This document shows, piece after piece, positions 24,708-35,419 of a stretch of DNA of 43,788 bases (position 1 is the first letter of the stretch; every line of letters begins with the position of its first letter). Where the stretch lies: positions 1 to 43,788 of the IMG/VR virus record IMGVR_UViG_3300011339_000704. One strand, written 5' to 3'. The notes under the pieces were generated by a model that was not told where the DNA came from, searched no databases, and saw only the letters and a program-made list of their open reading frames with translations. The position numbers and the translations under genes are program-made. Source of the DNA: a virus. Lineage: Duplodnaviria > Caudoviricetes.

Positions 24708-27274
24708 TAGAGGTAACTTTGTACGAAAACGATGCCAATATCGGCACTATTGAGATAAACGATAGTGACACGTTCCCTTTGTCGCTAACCAAGTCAAATA
24801 GCGATATTAGAGATATTACCAAAAGGCAGGGCGTTTATACAAAGGACTTCAAAGTATTAGCCACGGCTAAAAACAACCGTTTCTTAAAGTACATTTACAA
24901 CGCTAACGCAACCGGAATAGGTGGGCGTGACTGCTCAGTAAGCTATAACGGTATGCCAATCTTAACGGGCATTATTTTTGCCATCAATATCGGGCAACGC
25001 AACCAAGCTGACGAGTACACGCTACGCATTTACAGCGATAACGTGGATTGGTACACCTTGCTAGGCGCAGCCACTATAAACAGCTACGATTACGGCAACT
25101 TAGAGGTTGCAAGTTTTGGCATGAGCAATGGAAGTTTAAGCGGTGTATTGCCAGCAAGTACTACGCAATCAACTTTGAGCCGTGCGTATATCGAAGCTAG
25201 TTGGAGGTTTCCAGCCTTATTTGATTATGTTTACCCTTTGATAAGTTACGGGCAACCCGACAACGGGCAATTCGTATCGGAGGTGGATATGCGCCCAGCT
25301 ATCTATATCGGCAAAATGCTAACAAAAGCGTTTGCAAGTATTGGCTATATCTTACAAAGTGATTTCTTTAGCACGGGCATAGGTTCAAAATTAATACTAC
25401 CGTTTACGGGCGATGCGTTCAGTAAAGGCGGTTTGTTTGATTTCGATGTTCGTGCTGGTGGTAATGTGATAGTTGATAGTAGCGTATTACCCCCTAGTGG
25501 CATGGGTACAACGCAAGCCTATATTTATGAAAGGCTAATACCCAATGTAGAATTTGACGACCAAAGCAACGTTTACAATAATACGACAGGTATAATAACC
25601 ATAACAGAGCAAGGCGATTACCAATACGGGGTTGAAGCTGAAATAAGTTTTGAAACTGCTGGCAACTCGTTTTTGTTAGGTGACTTTAGCGTTATTGTTC
25701 GAGATACAGCCACATTACAAGAATACATAAATTTACCACTAACTCCGCCAGTAGTTTTAGTTATAGGCGGTGGCGCATTTCCTAATTTGGGTACGATAGC
25801 ATTTAGCAACCAAAGCACTGTACAAAACATACCGATAGGACAATATGAAATAGTATTGCGGTATGGGTATATTGGTGCAGGTGGACAGTTGACTGTTACC
25901 CTACTGAATGAGTCCACATTTACTCAAACATTTCAAAGGAACATTACCACAGGGCGAACTTACGTTTTATCTAGTGTCTTAAAAGATGTTAAGGTATTGG
26001 ATATTTTAGGGGGTATGCAAAACATATTTAACCTATACTTTGAAACGAATAACGATGACCGTGTAGTTAGGATTGAGCCAAAGATAGCGTTAATCAAACC
26101 AATCTCGCAAGGCGTTGACTTGACGGATAAATTAGATGTTGACAATAGGATAACAACGGACATAATACAATCGTATAACCGAAACTTACAATTTCAGTAC
26201 GCAACGGACAGCAACGATAAATGGCAGCAAAATTACAATCAAGAGCAAGGTAGTGTATTTGGTAGTGCCTTATACGATTTAGGCAGCAACTTCAAAGATG
26301 GGGTTACTTCGTTAGGCACTAAAATATTTGCAGCAACGGTAAGCTACAATGTACACCCGTGGAGTCCAAGCGGTTGCCCTATACCTGTTATGTGGAACGT
26401 GAACGCACCAAGCCCTCCAAAGTCATTTGATTTTTTACCTCGCATATTATACTACAAAGGCTATGTTGATGTGTTTCAATCGGGCGGCGTTAAGGCTAGT
26501 TGGAAGTGGATTAATAGCATCTTAACCACTATGCCTAGTTGTTTTATGATTGACCCCGACACGGTAGCCCCTGTTAGCGTTAATCTGTTATACAATGACA
26601 GCACGAACCGCAACGGATTAGTAAGAACTTACTATAATGGAGATGTAGCGGTAATAAGTGATAGAAGGGTACACAAAGCCTATTTTCAGATAACGGGATT
26701 AGACTTTAGAAACTTGGATTTATTCAAGCCTATCTATCTTGAGCACGTCAACTTACAAGGGTGGTACTATGTAAACCAAGTAATAGACTTCACCCCCAAC
26801 AAAAACAAAACCACTATTTACGAGTTGGTGAAAGCGTTTGATACTTTGCCGTTTGATAGACCGATAGTAACGGAGATACCAACCATACAAGGGGGCACAA
26901 GGCAACTAAGCGCAATAGGTGGCGGTACGTTAACCGCAGGCGGCAAACAGTCCTTTGAGTCGTTAGTCGGGTTTAACGGCAGCGGCAACGTGGGCATTAT
27001 TCGTGGTGGTGGTACGGTGCTAGGTAACGGCAACATTCAAACCGAAAGCAATCAACATATTTTCGGCAACTACAATTTTGGAAACGATAGCGTATGGATT
27101 ATCGGAATAGGTGAAAGCGATGACAGTAGATACAACGGTTTGCAGCTAACGCCAGCAGGGGTATTCAAAGTACACGGGGGTACGGTAAGGACAATAGTAA
27201 ACAGCACGATACAAGACGTTTACGCAACGATTGGGGGTAATTACGAAACAATACACTTATTAGGCAATGGCTGA
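24704..27274 (+). CDS. tail tip/hub protein
   Basis: 856 aa; DIRDITKRQGVYTKDF...N, YVYPLISYG and MRPAIY motifs; lies before the tape measure gene. Confidence 0.65.
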   Translation: MIEVTLYENDANIGTIEINDSDTFPLSLTKSNSDIRDITKRQGVYTKDFKVLATAKNNRFLKYIYNANATGIGGRDCSVSYNGMPILTGIIFAINIGQRNQADEYTLRIYSDNVDWYTLLGAATINSYDYGNLEVASFGMSNGSLSGVLPASTTQSTLSRAYIEASWRFPALFDYVYPLISYGQPDNGQFVSEVDMRPAIYIGKMLTKAFASIGYILQSDFFSTGIGSKLILPFTGDAFSKGGLFDFDVRAGGNVIVDSSVLPPSGMGTTQAYIYERLIPNVEFDDQSNVYNNTTGIITITEQGDYQYGVEAEISFETAGNSFLLGDFSVIVRDTATLQEYINLPLTPPVVLVIGGGAFPNLGTIAFSNQSTVQNIPIGQYEIVLRYGYIGAGGQLTVTLLNESTFTQTFQRNITTGRTYVLSSVLKDVKVLDILGGMQNIFNLYFETNNDDRVVRIEPKIALIKPISQGVDLTDKLDVDNRITTDIIQSYNRNLQFQYATDSNDKWQQNYNQEQGSVFGSALYDLGSNFKDGVTSLGTKIFAATVSYNVHPWSPSGCPIPVMWNVNAPSPPKSFDFLPRILYYKGYVDVFQSGGVKASWKWINSILTTMPSCFMIDPDTVAPVSVNLLYNDSTNRNGLVRTYYNGDVAVISDRRVHKAYFQITGLDFRNLDLFKPIYLEHVNLQGWYYVNQVIDFTPNKNKTTIYELVKAFDTLPFDRPIVTEIPTIQGGTRQLSAIGGGTLTAGGKQSFESLVGFNGSGNVGIIRGGGTVLGNGNIQTESNQHIFGNYNFGNDSVWIIGIGESDDSRYNGLQLTPAGVFKVHGGTVRTIVNSTIQDVYATIGGNYETIHLLGNG

Positions 27275-30200
27275 AAAAACATTAGTATATCGAATTAACT
27301 TTGACGGACTTGAAGCCCAAGCCGCAGCTATTGGTAAGGTTGACGGGCAGTTAACTGCTTTGAACCAAACCGTAAAAGAACAACGAGAGGAGTTAAGCAA
27401 ACAACGGGCAGCCAATCAAGATAACACCCAAGCCTATGCAGACTTAACAGCTAAGTTAGGCGAAAATATAGTACAACAACGCAACCTATCCAAAGCCAAA
27501 GGCGACCTAATAAGGGAAACGCAAAACGAAGCGAAAGTACTAAAAGAAAACGAGGGCAGTATTGTTTCCTTACGGGCGCAGCTATCGAACCTTACCAAAG
27601 AATACAATAATTTAACAAGGGCTGAACGTGAAAGCGCAAAAGGCAAAGATGTACAAAACCAAGCCAAAGCGATTAGTGATGAACTAAAGAAACTCGAAAG
27701 CGCAGTAGGTAACACAAGCAGGAACGTAGGTAACTATAAGGAAGCATTAGGGGAACTCGAAACAAGCCTAAAACAATTATTACAAGCGCAAGCGGCAGCC
27801 CGTAAAAGCGGACAAGAAAATAACGCAGTTTTTGTAGCCAACGAAGCCGCTATACAAGCCCTTGCAGAAGAATATCAGATATTAGCCAAATCCGAAAAGG
27901 AAGTTGACAATCAATTAAAAGCGTTAACCCAAACCGAAAACGAAGCAGGTGCATCAGCGGATAGTCTTAAAAGCAAACTAAGGGCATTAAAGGAAGCCGC
28001 AGCGGTAGCTGGCGAGGGTACAGAAGACTTTAAAAGATTGACAGCGGAAGCCGCTAAATTACAAGACCAAATAGAGGATACCAACGAAGCTATAAAGCAG
28101 GAAAAGGGTACGGAGTTTGAGAAATTCAGAGAGCAACTAGGGGGCGTTGGGCAATCACTCGGCAACCTTGATTTTAAGCAAGCTAACGAAAGGATAGCGC
28201 AATTAGGCACGACCTTAAAGGGTTTAACTTTTAGTAGCTTAAAAGACGGTTTAAAGGGTGCGGCTAGTTCGTTTAGTGCATTCGGTAAAGTACTACTGAC
28301 TAACCCTATATTTTTAATAGCGGCTATTGCGGCAGCCGTTGGCATAGCGTTGTTTGCGCTTAAAGACAAAGTAAAGATAATCGGGCAGGCGTTTGAATTG
28401 GCTACACTAGGTCCGAGGTTGTTAATTCAAGCGTTCAAAGATTTAGGCGATGCGATTGGCGTTACAAGTTTCGCAGCCGACAAAGCAGCAGAGGAAACAG
28501 CTAAGGCATTAAAAAAGCAAGCTGAGGACGGTAAAGAATATACCGATACACGGATTAAGCAATTAGACCGTGAGATTGCATTTTTAAAAGCCGCTGGCAA
28601 TGACGCATCAAAATTGGAGTTGGAAAGGCTACAAGAAATAAAACGCTTTGCGAGGGAGCAAGAAAACATACAAGAACAACAACTAAAGAACCTAGAGAAA
28701 AAACTAAATGATGGCAGGGTAATAAGTGAGGAGGAGCAAAAGCTACTAAAAGAGGAGAAAAATAGGTTAACTGAACTGTCCGAGGCATATAAAGACTCTA
28801 TAAGTGCTATAACCAATTTTTTTGCAGCTAAATCCAAAGCTGCAAGAGATGATGCTGATGAAGATAAAAAGGTAAAAGAGAAACAAGCCGAAGATGATAA
28901 AAAAGCAGCAGACGAAGCCATAGCCAACGCTAAAAGGAAACGTGATGAAATTGAAGCCGCTAACAAACAACTGATAGAACAAACCAAAATATCAAATGCT
29001 AATTTAATTGCCGATGAGAAACTAAAAGCCGAAGCCCTTGCTAAAATTGCTTTTGATGCGGAAGTAAAAAATATCAACAATTCAAAAGCAAGTAAGACCG
29101 CAAAAGATAACGCACTTTTAGCAGCCGAAAAAACGTATCAAGCTCAATTAATCAAGATTAACGAAGATGCAAACGCAAAGATATTAGCCGATGATGCGCA
29201 AGCCGATGCCGATGCTAAAGCCCTTAGATTAGCCGCTTTAAACGAAGAGTTAACCGAAATAGATATTAGGTTGCTTAAAGTTGAACAAGGTTCAGAAGAG
29301 GAATTAACTATACTACAAGAACGACTAGATAAGGAACTAGAGATTAAATTGCAATCGGTTAAGGCAGGGTCAGCTGCTGAAAAATTACTAATTGAACAAG
29401 CCATTGCCGATGGGACTAAACTAGAAGAAGATGCAGCAGTTAAACGAAACGAACAAAAAGCAAAGGTATTAACAGAGAGAGAAGAAGAACGAGTAAAGAA
29501 TGCGGAAAATGCCGCCATTGCCTTAGAACTTGCTAGTAATACTATCAACACGTTAGCGCAATTAAAGGATATGGAAACGGAGCAGAATTTAGCCCGTATC
29601 AATAAAGACCGAGATGCGCAAATAGCAGCTATTCAAAACAGCACACTAAGCGAGGAGGCTAAGGCTAAAAAGATAGCCGAGATAAATGCACAGGCACAAG
29701 CTAAAGCAGATGCAGAACGCAAAAAGCAAGCGGAAAGCCAAAAGCGTTTAGCATTAATTCAGATTGCATTAGATACGGGCGTAGCGATTGCATCAACGGT
29801 TGTACAAGCTACTAAAGCAGGGTGGCCAGCAATGATACCAGCGATTGCAACTGGCATAGCAGCAGTATTAGCTGGTATAGTAAGCGCAACGGCAGCGGTT
29901 AATTCAGCAAAATTTGCGTTAGGTGGTGAGATACCAATGGATGGTGGGTTTATCACAGGCAACTCACACTCACAAGGCGGTGTTAAGTTTTCCGCAGGCG
30001 GTAGGCTAATGGAAGCCGAAGGGGGCGAGATAATCGTAAACAAAGGCATACAGAAACGCCCCGACTTTGTACGGGCTATAAGCCAAATGAACTACATGAC
30101 GGGTGGTAAAAAGTTTGAAACAGGCGGTATTGTAGCCCCCGTGTTTAGCGCAGCAGGAGCGAGCCTTGCAGCTAGTGAGCAAAGTTTTGGTTCGGGCTTT

Positions 30201-30305
30201 ACGTTTGAGATGCCACCTATCCAAGTATTAAACAACGTAGTGGACACAACGAGCCAACAAACATCTATTATTCAAATCCAAAATCAGACCAGCATTGGAG
30301 GTTAA
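27267..30305 (+). CDS. tape measure protein
   Basis: 1012 aa, Ala/Glu/Lys-rich coiled coil with hydrophobic segments, RNVGNY motif, C-terminal FALGG...HSQGGV...EAEGGE. Confidence 0.88.
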   Translation: MAEKTLVYRINFDGLEAQAAAIGKVDGQLTALNQTVKEQREELSKQRAANQDNTQAYADLTAKLGENIVQQRNLSKAKGDLIRETQNEAKVLKENEGSIVSLRAQLSNLTKEYNNLTRAERESAKGKDVQNQAKAISDELKKLESAVGNTSRNVGNYKEALGELETSLKQLLQAQAAARKSGQENNAVFVANEAAIQALAEEYQILAKSEKEVDNQLKALTQTENEAGASADSLKSKLRALKEAAAVAGEGTEDFKRLTAEAAKLQDQIEDTNEAIKQEKGTEFEKFREQLGGVGQSLGNLDFKQANERIAQLGTTLKGLTFSSLKDGLKGAASSFSAFGKVLLTNPIFLIAAIAAAVGIALFALKDKVKIIGQAFELATLGPRLLIQAFKDLGDAIGVTSFAADKAAEETAKALKKQAEDGKEYTDTRIKQLDREIAFLKAAGNDASKLELERLQEIKRFAREQENIQEQQLKNLEKKLNDGRVISEEEQKLLKEEKNRLTELSEAYKDSISAITNFFAAKSKAARDDADEDKKVKEKQAEDDKKAADEAIANAKRKRDEIEAANKQLIEQTKISNANLIADEKLKAEALAKIAFDAEVKNINNSKASKTAKDNALLAAEKTYQAQLIKINEDANAKILADDAQADADAKALRLAALNEELTEIDIRLLKVEQGSEEELTILQERLDKELEIKLQSVKAGSAAEKLLIEQAIADGTKLEEDAAVKRNEQKAKVLTEREEERVKNAENAAIALELASNTINTLAQLKDMETEQNLARINKDRDAQIAAIQNSTLSEEAKAKKIAEINAQAQAKADAERKKQAESQKRLALIQIALDTGVAIASTVVQATKAGWPAMIPAIATGIAAVLAGIVSATAAVNSAKFALGGEIPMDGGFITGNSHSQGGVKFSAGGRLMEAEGGEIIVNKGIQKRPDFVRAISQMNYMTGGKKFETGGIVAPVFSAAGASLAASEQSFGSGFTFEMPPIQVLNNVVDTTSQQTSIIQIQNQTSIGG

Positions 30306-30474
30306 AACAGATAACAGGACTAAGGCGATACGTGAAAAGATATGCGATAAGTGCGAGCACAAAGAGTACGTAGTGCCAATCGTAAATTTGTTGCCGCAAT
30401 GTAATGAGTGCAGATGTTTTTTAAAAGCTAAGATAGCATGGAAATTCAGCAGTTGCCCAGTAGGGAAGTGGTAG
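30295..30474 (+). CDS. small Cys-rich Zn-binding protein (59 aa, not in ORF track)
   Basis: TTG start; ICDKC...QCNECRCFLKAK...SCPVGKW pattern fills the gap after the tape measure gene. Confidence 0.7.
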   Translation: MEVKTDNRTKAIREKICDKCEHKEYVVPIVNLLPQCNECRCFLKAKIAWKFSSCPVGKW

Positions 30475-30650
30475 AGCAATTACGGAGGTTCGTGTTCAAA
30501 GACAGTTGGAGTGCAGCCGAACTGAACACGGCGTACGTAGCTTACAAGGCAATGGGGTTCAAGTACCCTAAAAACACAAGCTGCCCGAGTTGCATGGTTG
30601 ATATTATTAAGTTTTGGAGGGCGTACATAATAGAGCATGGCAACAGATAA
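30438..30650 (+). CDS. hypothetical protein with CxxC
   Basis: NTSCPSC motif; overlaps neighbours in operon fashion. Confidence 0.6.
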   Translation: MEIQQLPSREVVEQLRRFVFKDSWSAAELNTAYVAYKAMGFKYPKNTSCPSCMVDIIKFWRAYIIEHGNR

Positions 30651-30825
30651 GGAACTAATTGAGTTAGCCGAAAAAGGGCTATTATCGAAGGAAACAAGGG
30701 TAAAAGCTATCAAGGCTTATTATCGGGCTTTGTTGCCGATTACCCACACAATCAAAGATGCGGTACTAACCACCGCTAATAAGTTTGGCATTGACGAAAG
30801 CACGGTAAGGCGCACCGTTAGATAA
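30637..30825 (+). CDS. small HTH DNA-binding protein
   Basis: TANKFGIDESTVRRTV helix-turn-helix at the C-terminus. Confidence 0.65.
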   Translation: MATDKELIELAEKGLLSKETRVKAIKAYYRALLPITHTIKDAVLTTANKFGIDESTVRRTVR

Positions 30826-30873
30826 TATTCATTTTGCCCACACTATAAGCCGTTCTATTCTCAATTTCGTAGC

Positions 30874-32304
30874 ATGGAACGTGTAATAAACGTCATGGGG
30901 GATATTGGCAGTGACATCACTAGTAAGATGTTCATTGAGCAATTGCAAGCCTATGGCTATTCACTTCCAATAACTGTAAACATTAATAGCAACGGTGGCA
31001 GCTTAGTTGATGCCTTTTCTATTTACGACTATTTACAGACACCAAGCGGTAAGAACTACAAGTTTGAAGCCAATATTGTAGGTATGGCTGCAAGTGCCGC
31101 CACCGTTATTGCATTGGCTTGTAACGCAAAGATTGGCGAGAATAGCGGTTTCCTAATACACGATGCGTACTATCCCGAATACGACCCCAACACGGGCGAG
31201 TTAGTGATATTGGAAACAATGAACGCACGTTTAGCATCTATCTATAACGTACATACAGGCTTAGAGATAAACAGGGTTCGTGCTCTAATGAAAGCCGAAA
31301 CATTTATGGATGCTGAAGGTGCGATGGAGTTAGGTTTTGTAAAAGGCATTAACACACAAGTACGGATAGCAGCCAAAGCGGTTGACCAAATAGCGGAATG
31401 GCGTTTACTTATCGAAGATAGGACATTTACCGATTACCCCGAAAGCGCAAGTAACAACGCACGTAAGGCATTGGATTGGATTGAAGAGTACGGGCGTGAC
31501 ATAGTCGAAGCAGGTACTGAGGTAGGACTAGCACGGGCAAGGCAGTTAGCCAACAAAGAACCGATAAGCGATGACACGGTTAAACGTATGGCATCGTTTA
31601 ACCGCCACAAGCAAAACAGCGAGGTAGCACCCGAATTTAAAGATGAACCGTGGAAGGATAAGGGCTATGTAGCATGGTTGATGTGGGGCGGTACAAGCGG
31701 TGTAAATTGGGCAATCGAAAAATCAAACACAATAACAAATTTTATTAATCTATTCAAAAACGCAGACATGAGTCTATTCACAAAGTTGAAAAACACAATC
31801 CAAGGCATCCAATCTAAATTGATTGACGGTGAACTTGAAGACGGTACAAAAATCCGTATTGAGTCATTTGGTGAAACTATCGCTGTTGGCGATTTGGTAG
31901 CCGTATTAACAGAAGATGGCGAAGTGCCAGCACCAAACGGTGAACACATTTTGAGCGACGGTTATACCGTTGTTGTTACAGAGGGCGGTAAAATTACCGA
32001 AATCAAAGAAATGCAAATCGAAGCCAAAGTAGACACGACCCCCGAAATGGAAAACGTGCTTACAATGTTCGCAGAAGAATTGAAGGCTATCCGTGAGGAA
32101 CTAGCTACAATCAAAGCACAAGGCGCACCAGCACCAGTAGCAGCAGCCGCACCAGTAGCCCGTAGAGTAGCCCAAACGATTGCAGCTAAAGCACCAGCAG
32201 CCGACCCATCATTGGACAAAACGGTTAAAGTGCAAAGCGGTGTAGATGTGGTTTCAAACCACTTCCGTTCTGTAATGGCAAAGAAAAACATCAAAATTAA
32301 CTAA
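30874..32304 (+). CDS. ClpP-like prohead protease fused to an accessory domain and scaffold
   Basis: INSNGGS, GMAASAAT (Ser), LIHD (His), ETFMDAEGAMELGFV; acidic/Ala-Pro C-terminal scaffold-like region. Confidence 0.85.
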   Translation: MERVINVMGDIGSDITSKMFIEQLQAYGYSLPITVNINSNGGSLVDAFSIYDYLQTPSGKNYKFEANIVGMAASAATVIALACNAKIGENSGFLIHDAYYPEYDPNTGELVILETMNARLASIYNVHTGLEINRVRALMKAETFMDAEGAMELGFVKGINTQVRIAAKAVDQIAEWRLLIEDRTFTDYPESASNNARKALDWIEEYGRDIVEAGTEVGLARARQLANKEPISDDTVKRMASFNRHKQNSEVAPEFKDEPWKDKGYVAWLMWGGTSGVNWAIEKSNTITNFINLFKNADMSLFTKLKNTIQGIQSKLIDGELEDGTKIRIESFGETIAVGDLVAVLTEDGEVPAPNGEHILSDGYTVVVTEGGKITEIKEMQIEAKVDTTPEMENVLTMFAEELKAIREELATIKAQGAPAPVAAAAPVARRVAQTIAAKAPAADPSLDKTVKVQSGVDVVSNHFRSVMAKKNIKIN

Positions 32305-32328
32305 CAAGAAAAAGAAAAAGCTAAAGTT

Positions 32329-33282
32329 ATGGCAAGCGCAATTACAATCGTATCAACATGGACTAGTGAATACTTTGCAGAAGTGTTCCTTACTCCAGCA
32401 CTCGTGTCAAACGGGTTATTTAATGGCGGCTATGATGTTGACCCGTTGGTTAACAAGTCAAAGACCGTTTATGTAGGTTCAGAAATGAAAGGCATCGTGC
32501 AAAAGAAATCAACTTGCGGATTTAACCCCGTTGGTACTTTTGCTTTGTCAGAAGTGGTATTGAGCACTGAGCCGTTGGCAATCAACGTTGAGCAATGTGC
32601 CGCTACTTTTTACGATACCGTGTTCAAGAAAGAACTTAAAAAGGGTACAGCCGTTACAGACCTTAGCGGTACAATCATAGTGCCTTACATCGTTGAAAAT
32701 TATCAACGTGCTTTGGTTAACGATACCTTTGCTTTGGCATGGTTCGGCAACACTTCACTAGCTACCACCGCATTTTTGAGCAAGATACAAGGTTGGTTTC
32801 CACGTTTTGAAGCTGATGCCAATGTATCTAAAATCTCTATCGGTTCAACAGGCAACTACGGTGTTGAAGCCTTGAAAACCGCTTACGAAAGCGAAACAGG
32901 ACAGCTTATCCGTCAAACAGGCACACCAGCTATTCACGTTACGCCTCAGATGTATTACAACATTTTGAGCACGTTTGAAAACAGCAACACCGACTACGGT
33001 CTAACTCGTTTGTCTAACGGTGGCGCACTTACTTACCGTGGCATACCTGTTATCGAAGAAACCACATGGGCGGTAACTATCAATGACTACTCATTGTCTA
33101 ACGCAAAACGTATGTTCTTTGGTAACCTTGGGAACTTGCACGTTGGTACTGACATTGCCAATCCTGGCAGCGATGCTAAATTGTTCTTTGACGAACTAGA
33201 GGAAAAATACTACTTCAAAGCCAACTTCGACTTGGGTGTAAACTACACTCATGCAGAGTTGATTGTTTACGGTCGTGGTTAA
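32329..33282 (+). CDS. major capsid protein
   Basis: 317 aa directly after the protease/scaffold; strongly biased codons; YRGIPV motif; followed by a terminator. Confidence 0.8.
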   Translation: MASAITIVSTWTSEYFAEVFLTPALVSNGLFNGGYDVDPLVNKSKTVYVGSEMKGIVQKKSTCGFNPVGTFALSEVVLSTEPLAINVEQCAATFYDTVFKKELKKGTAVTDLSGTIIVPYIVENYQRALVNDTFALAWFGNTSLATTAFLSKIQGWFPRFEADANVSKISIGSTGNYGVEALKTAYESETGQLIRQTGTPAIHVTPQMYYNILSTFENSNTDYGLTRLSNGGALTYRGIPVIEETTWAVTINDYSLSNAKRMFFGNLGNLHVGTDIANPGSDAKLFFDELEEKYYFKANFDLGVNYTHAELIVYGRG

Positions 33283-33291
33283 TTAAATAAT

Positions 33292-33315
33292 AAGGGGGTG
33301 TAATAGCCCCCTTTT
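33292..33315 (+). terminator. intrinsic terminator after the capsid gene
   Basis: AAGGGGG-tgtaatag-CCCCCTT followed by TT. Confidence 0.7.
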
Positions 33316-33329
33316 AAAAAACTTTCAAT

Positions 33330-33881
33330 ATGTGCTTAACAGCGAGTATTACAATACTATGTGTGGATGAGTCCGCAGTAGGTGGGTTTAAAAACCTATA
33401 CGTTGCCAGCCGTGATAGCGTGGTTTCGTTCACTAAAGGTGCGTTGCACTTGTACGATGCCGTAAGCATGGCTAGTACCGCAGTAGCAGACCAATGGCAC
33501 GAAATCGGCAGCAAAGACTATACAATAGCTTTGGAAGCTACTAACGAACTTAGCGACAATGGTCCTAATTTCGTAAACACTTCATTGACCTTGACTGTAC
33601 CTAAGATTGACAAAACCAAATCAGCCCAACTTAACGCACTAAAAGAGTGCTGCAAAGTGGTTGTAATTGCGGTTACTAACGAAGGTAACGCATTTGTGTA
33701 TGGATGGGACGACCGAGTGGAAGAAAAAGGCGCACTAAGGACACAGGTCAACACCACAGTTGGCGCTGGATTGGGCGACCCGAACCAATACACTTTGACC
33801 TTCACAGGACAGCAAGTTGAACTACCTTACAATTTCGAGGGTACTATACTTGTAAGCGGTTCGCCAGTGGTTATTAGCTAA
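33330..33881 (+). CDS. major tail (tube) protein
   Basis: MCL...C..SAVGGFKNLY N-terminus and TGAGLGD-like/YTLTFTG C-terminus typical of Bacteroidota phage tube proteins. Confidence 0.65.
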   Translation: MCLTASITILCVDESAVGGFKNLYVASRDSVVSFTKGALHLYDAVSMASTAVADQWHEIGSKDYTIALEATNELSDNGPNFVNTSLTLTVPKIDKTKSAQLNALKECCKVVVIAVTNEGNAFVYGWDDRVEEKGALRTQVNTTVGAGLGDPNQYTLTFTGQQVELPYNFEGTILVSGSPVVIS

Positions 33882-33905
33882 GGCTAAAAATATTTTTAGA
33901 CCAAT

Positions 33906-33948
33906 CTAAAATAGCCCTGCAATTTGTGGGGCTATTTAGTTATATTTG
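33906..33948 (+). promoter_or_regulatory. hairpin/terminator overlapping a -7 promoter box before the portal gene
   Basis: AAATAGCCC...GGGCTATTT inverted repeat followed by TATATTTG 33941-33948. Confidence 0.55.
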
Positions 33949-33955
33949 TAACAGT

Positions 33956-35419
33956 ATGGCACGAAATAGACGCACTCCATCAGTACAAGCCAAAATGCCG
34001 CAGATATTAGCGTTATCTCGGTACAATAACACAAGCGTAATGCCAACGGTGGCGGCTTTTGATGACAAGCTACCGATAGTACCGTATTACAAGGAAGACG
34101 GCAACGGGTTCATGACTACGCTAATACAGATAAAAGACCGTAGCGCAATGCATAAGGCTTGTATCTTGATTAAGCACGTTATCGCTTGTGGTGATGGTGT
34201 AATTATCAAGCGCAAAGACGGTGAACCTTATGCGGAAAACAAATCCTTAGAAGCATTTTTGGCAAAGGTGAACGATAAAAACGAAAGTGCGCAAGATGTT
34301 ATTCAAAAAATGCTATTCGATGAGATAATGACCCGTATGCACACGGTAGCGATTACCTTGCAAACGATAGGCGAAGGTGAAGAGCAGCAAGTTATCAGAG
34401 AGGAGTTATCGGTAACGCACGAGGATATAAGCACGTTTAGGTTAGGCAAGCCAATCGAAAACAAACTAAAGGAATGTTACCTAAGTTACCGATGGACAAC
34501 CGACCTAGTAAAGTACGAGCAGAAAAAGCTAATGGACTTTGCTGAACGGTTGCCGTTATTTGACGGGCAGGACTACGCAAAATCAGTTATTTATTCAACT
34601 ACCTACGAAACGGGAACGTATTACTACGCTATACCCGACTACTTTACTTTGGAGTTCAAAAGGTGGGCAGATATTAGCTATGCTATACCTACTTACAACC
34701 ATTCGAGGATAGAAAACCAATTCAGACCTAGTGGCTCAATGACCTTGATTGGTAGACCGCCCGAAGGTAAAGACCCCGAAGATTACGTAAACGAGGTGCA
34801 AAATAGGTTTACGGGCGAGGGTAATAACAGTTCAATGGTTATCAGTATAGTTGACCAAAAAGATGCAGCCCCAATAATCGAGATATTCAATGATGCGCCC
34901 GAAGGTATCTTTGAAAGCCTTAGTACTTTAGCAACCGAAAGCGTATTAAGGGCACATAGGTTGCACCCTAGCATACTAATGGCAACCGCTGGCAGCTTAG
35001 GACAGGCAAGCGAGTTAAAAACCATCTTTGAACTGTTTTATAAAAACGTAATTGAGGGTTATCAATCGTCAGTGTTAAAGACATGGGACACTATATTGGA
35101 ATATGCAGGGTTTGGAGAATACACGCTAGAGATAGCGAATAACAGCCCTATATCTTTACTCAATAACATTGACCTATCGAATATCCTAAGCATAAACGAG
35201 ATAAGAGAGGAGTTAGGCTACGCACCGTTAGACACGGAGCAAGGGCAAACAAAAACACTAGCCGAAATAATCGGAGTAGGTGGTTTAACAGCTATGAAAG
35301 ATATTATAGCAGATGTTAACCTAAGCGATGCTAGTAAACGTGGCTTGTTAGCCGTGGCGTTTAATCTCAATGCCGAACAAATAAACAGTATTTTACCACC
35401 TTTAACACCTACGGTATGA
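33956..35419 (+). CDS. portal protein
   Basis: SAMHKACI, YYAIPDY, NQFRPSG, FTGEGN, AHRLHPSIL and LSINEIREELGYAPL portal motifs; start ATG 33956. Confidence 0.82.
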   Translation: MARNRRTPSVQAKMPQILALSRYNNTSVMPTVAAFDDKLPIVPYYKEDGNGFMTTLIQIKDRSAMHKACILIKHVIACGDGVIIKRKDGEPYAENKSLEAFLAKVNDKNESAQDVIQKMLFDEIMTRMHTVAITLQTIGEGEEQQVIREELSVTHEDISTFRLGKPIENKLKECYLSYRWTTDLVKYEQKKLMDFAERLPLFDGQDYAKSVIYSTTYETGTYYYAIPDYFTLEFKRWADISYAIPTYNHSRIENQFRPSGSMTLIGRPPEGKDPEDYVNEVQNRFTGEGNNSSMVISIVDQKDAAPIIEIFNDAPEGIFESLSTLATESVLRAHRLHPSILMATAGSLGQASELKTIFELFYKNVIEGYQSSVLKTWDTILEYAGFGEYTLEIANNSPISLLNNIDLSNILSINEIREELGYAPLDTEQGQTKTLAEIIGVGGLTAMKDIIADVNLSDASKRGLLAVAFNLNAEQINSILPPLTPTV

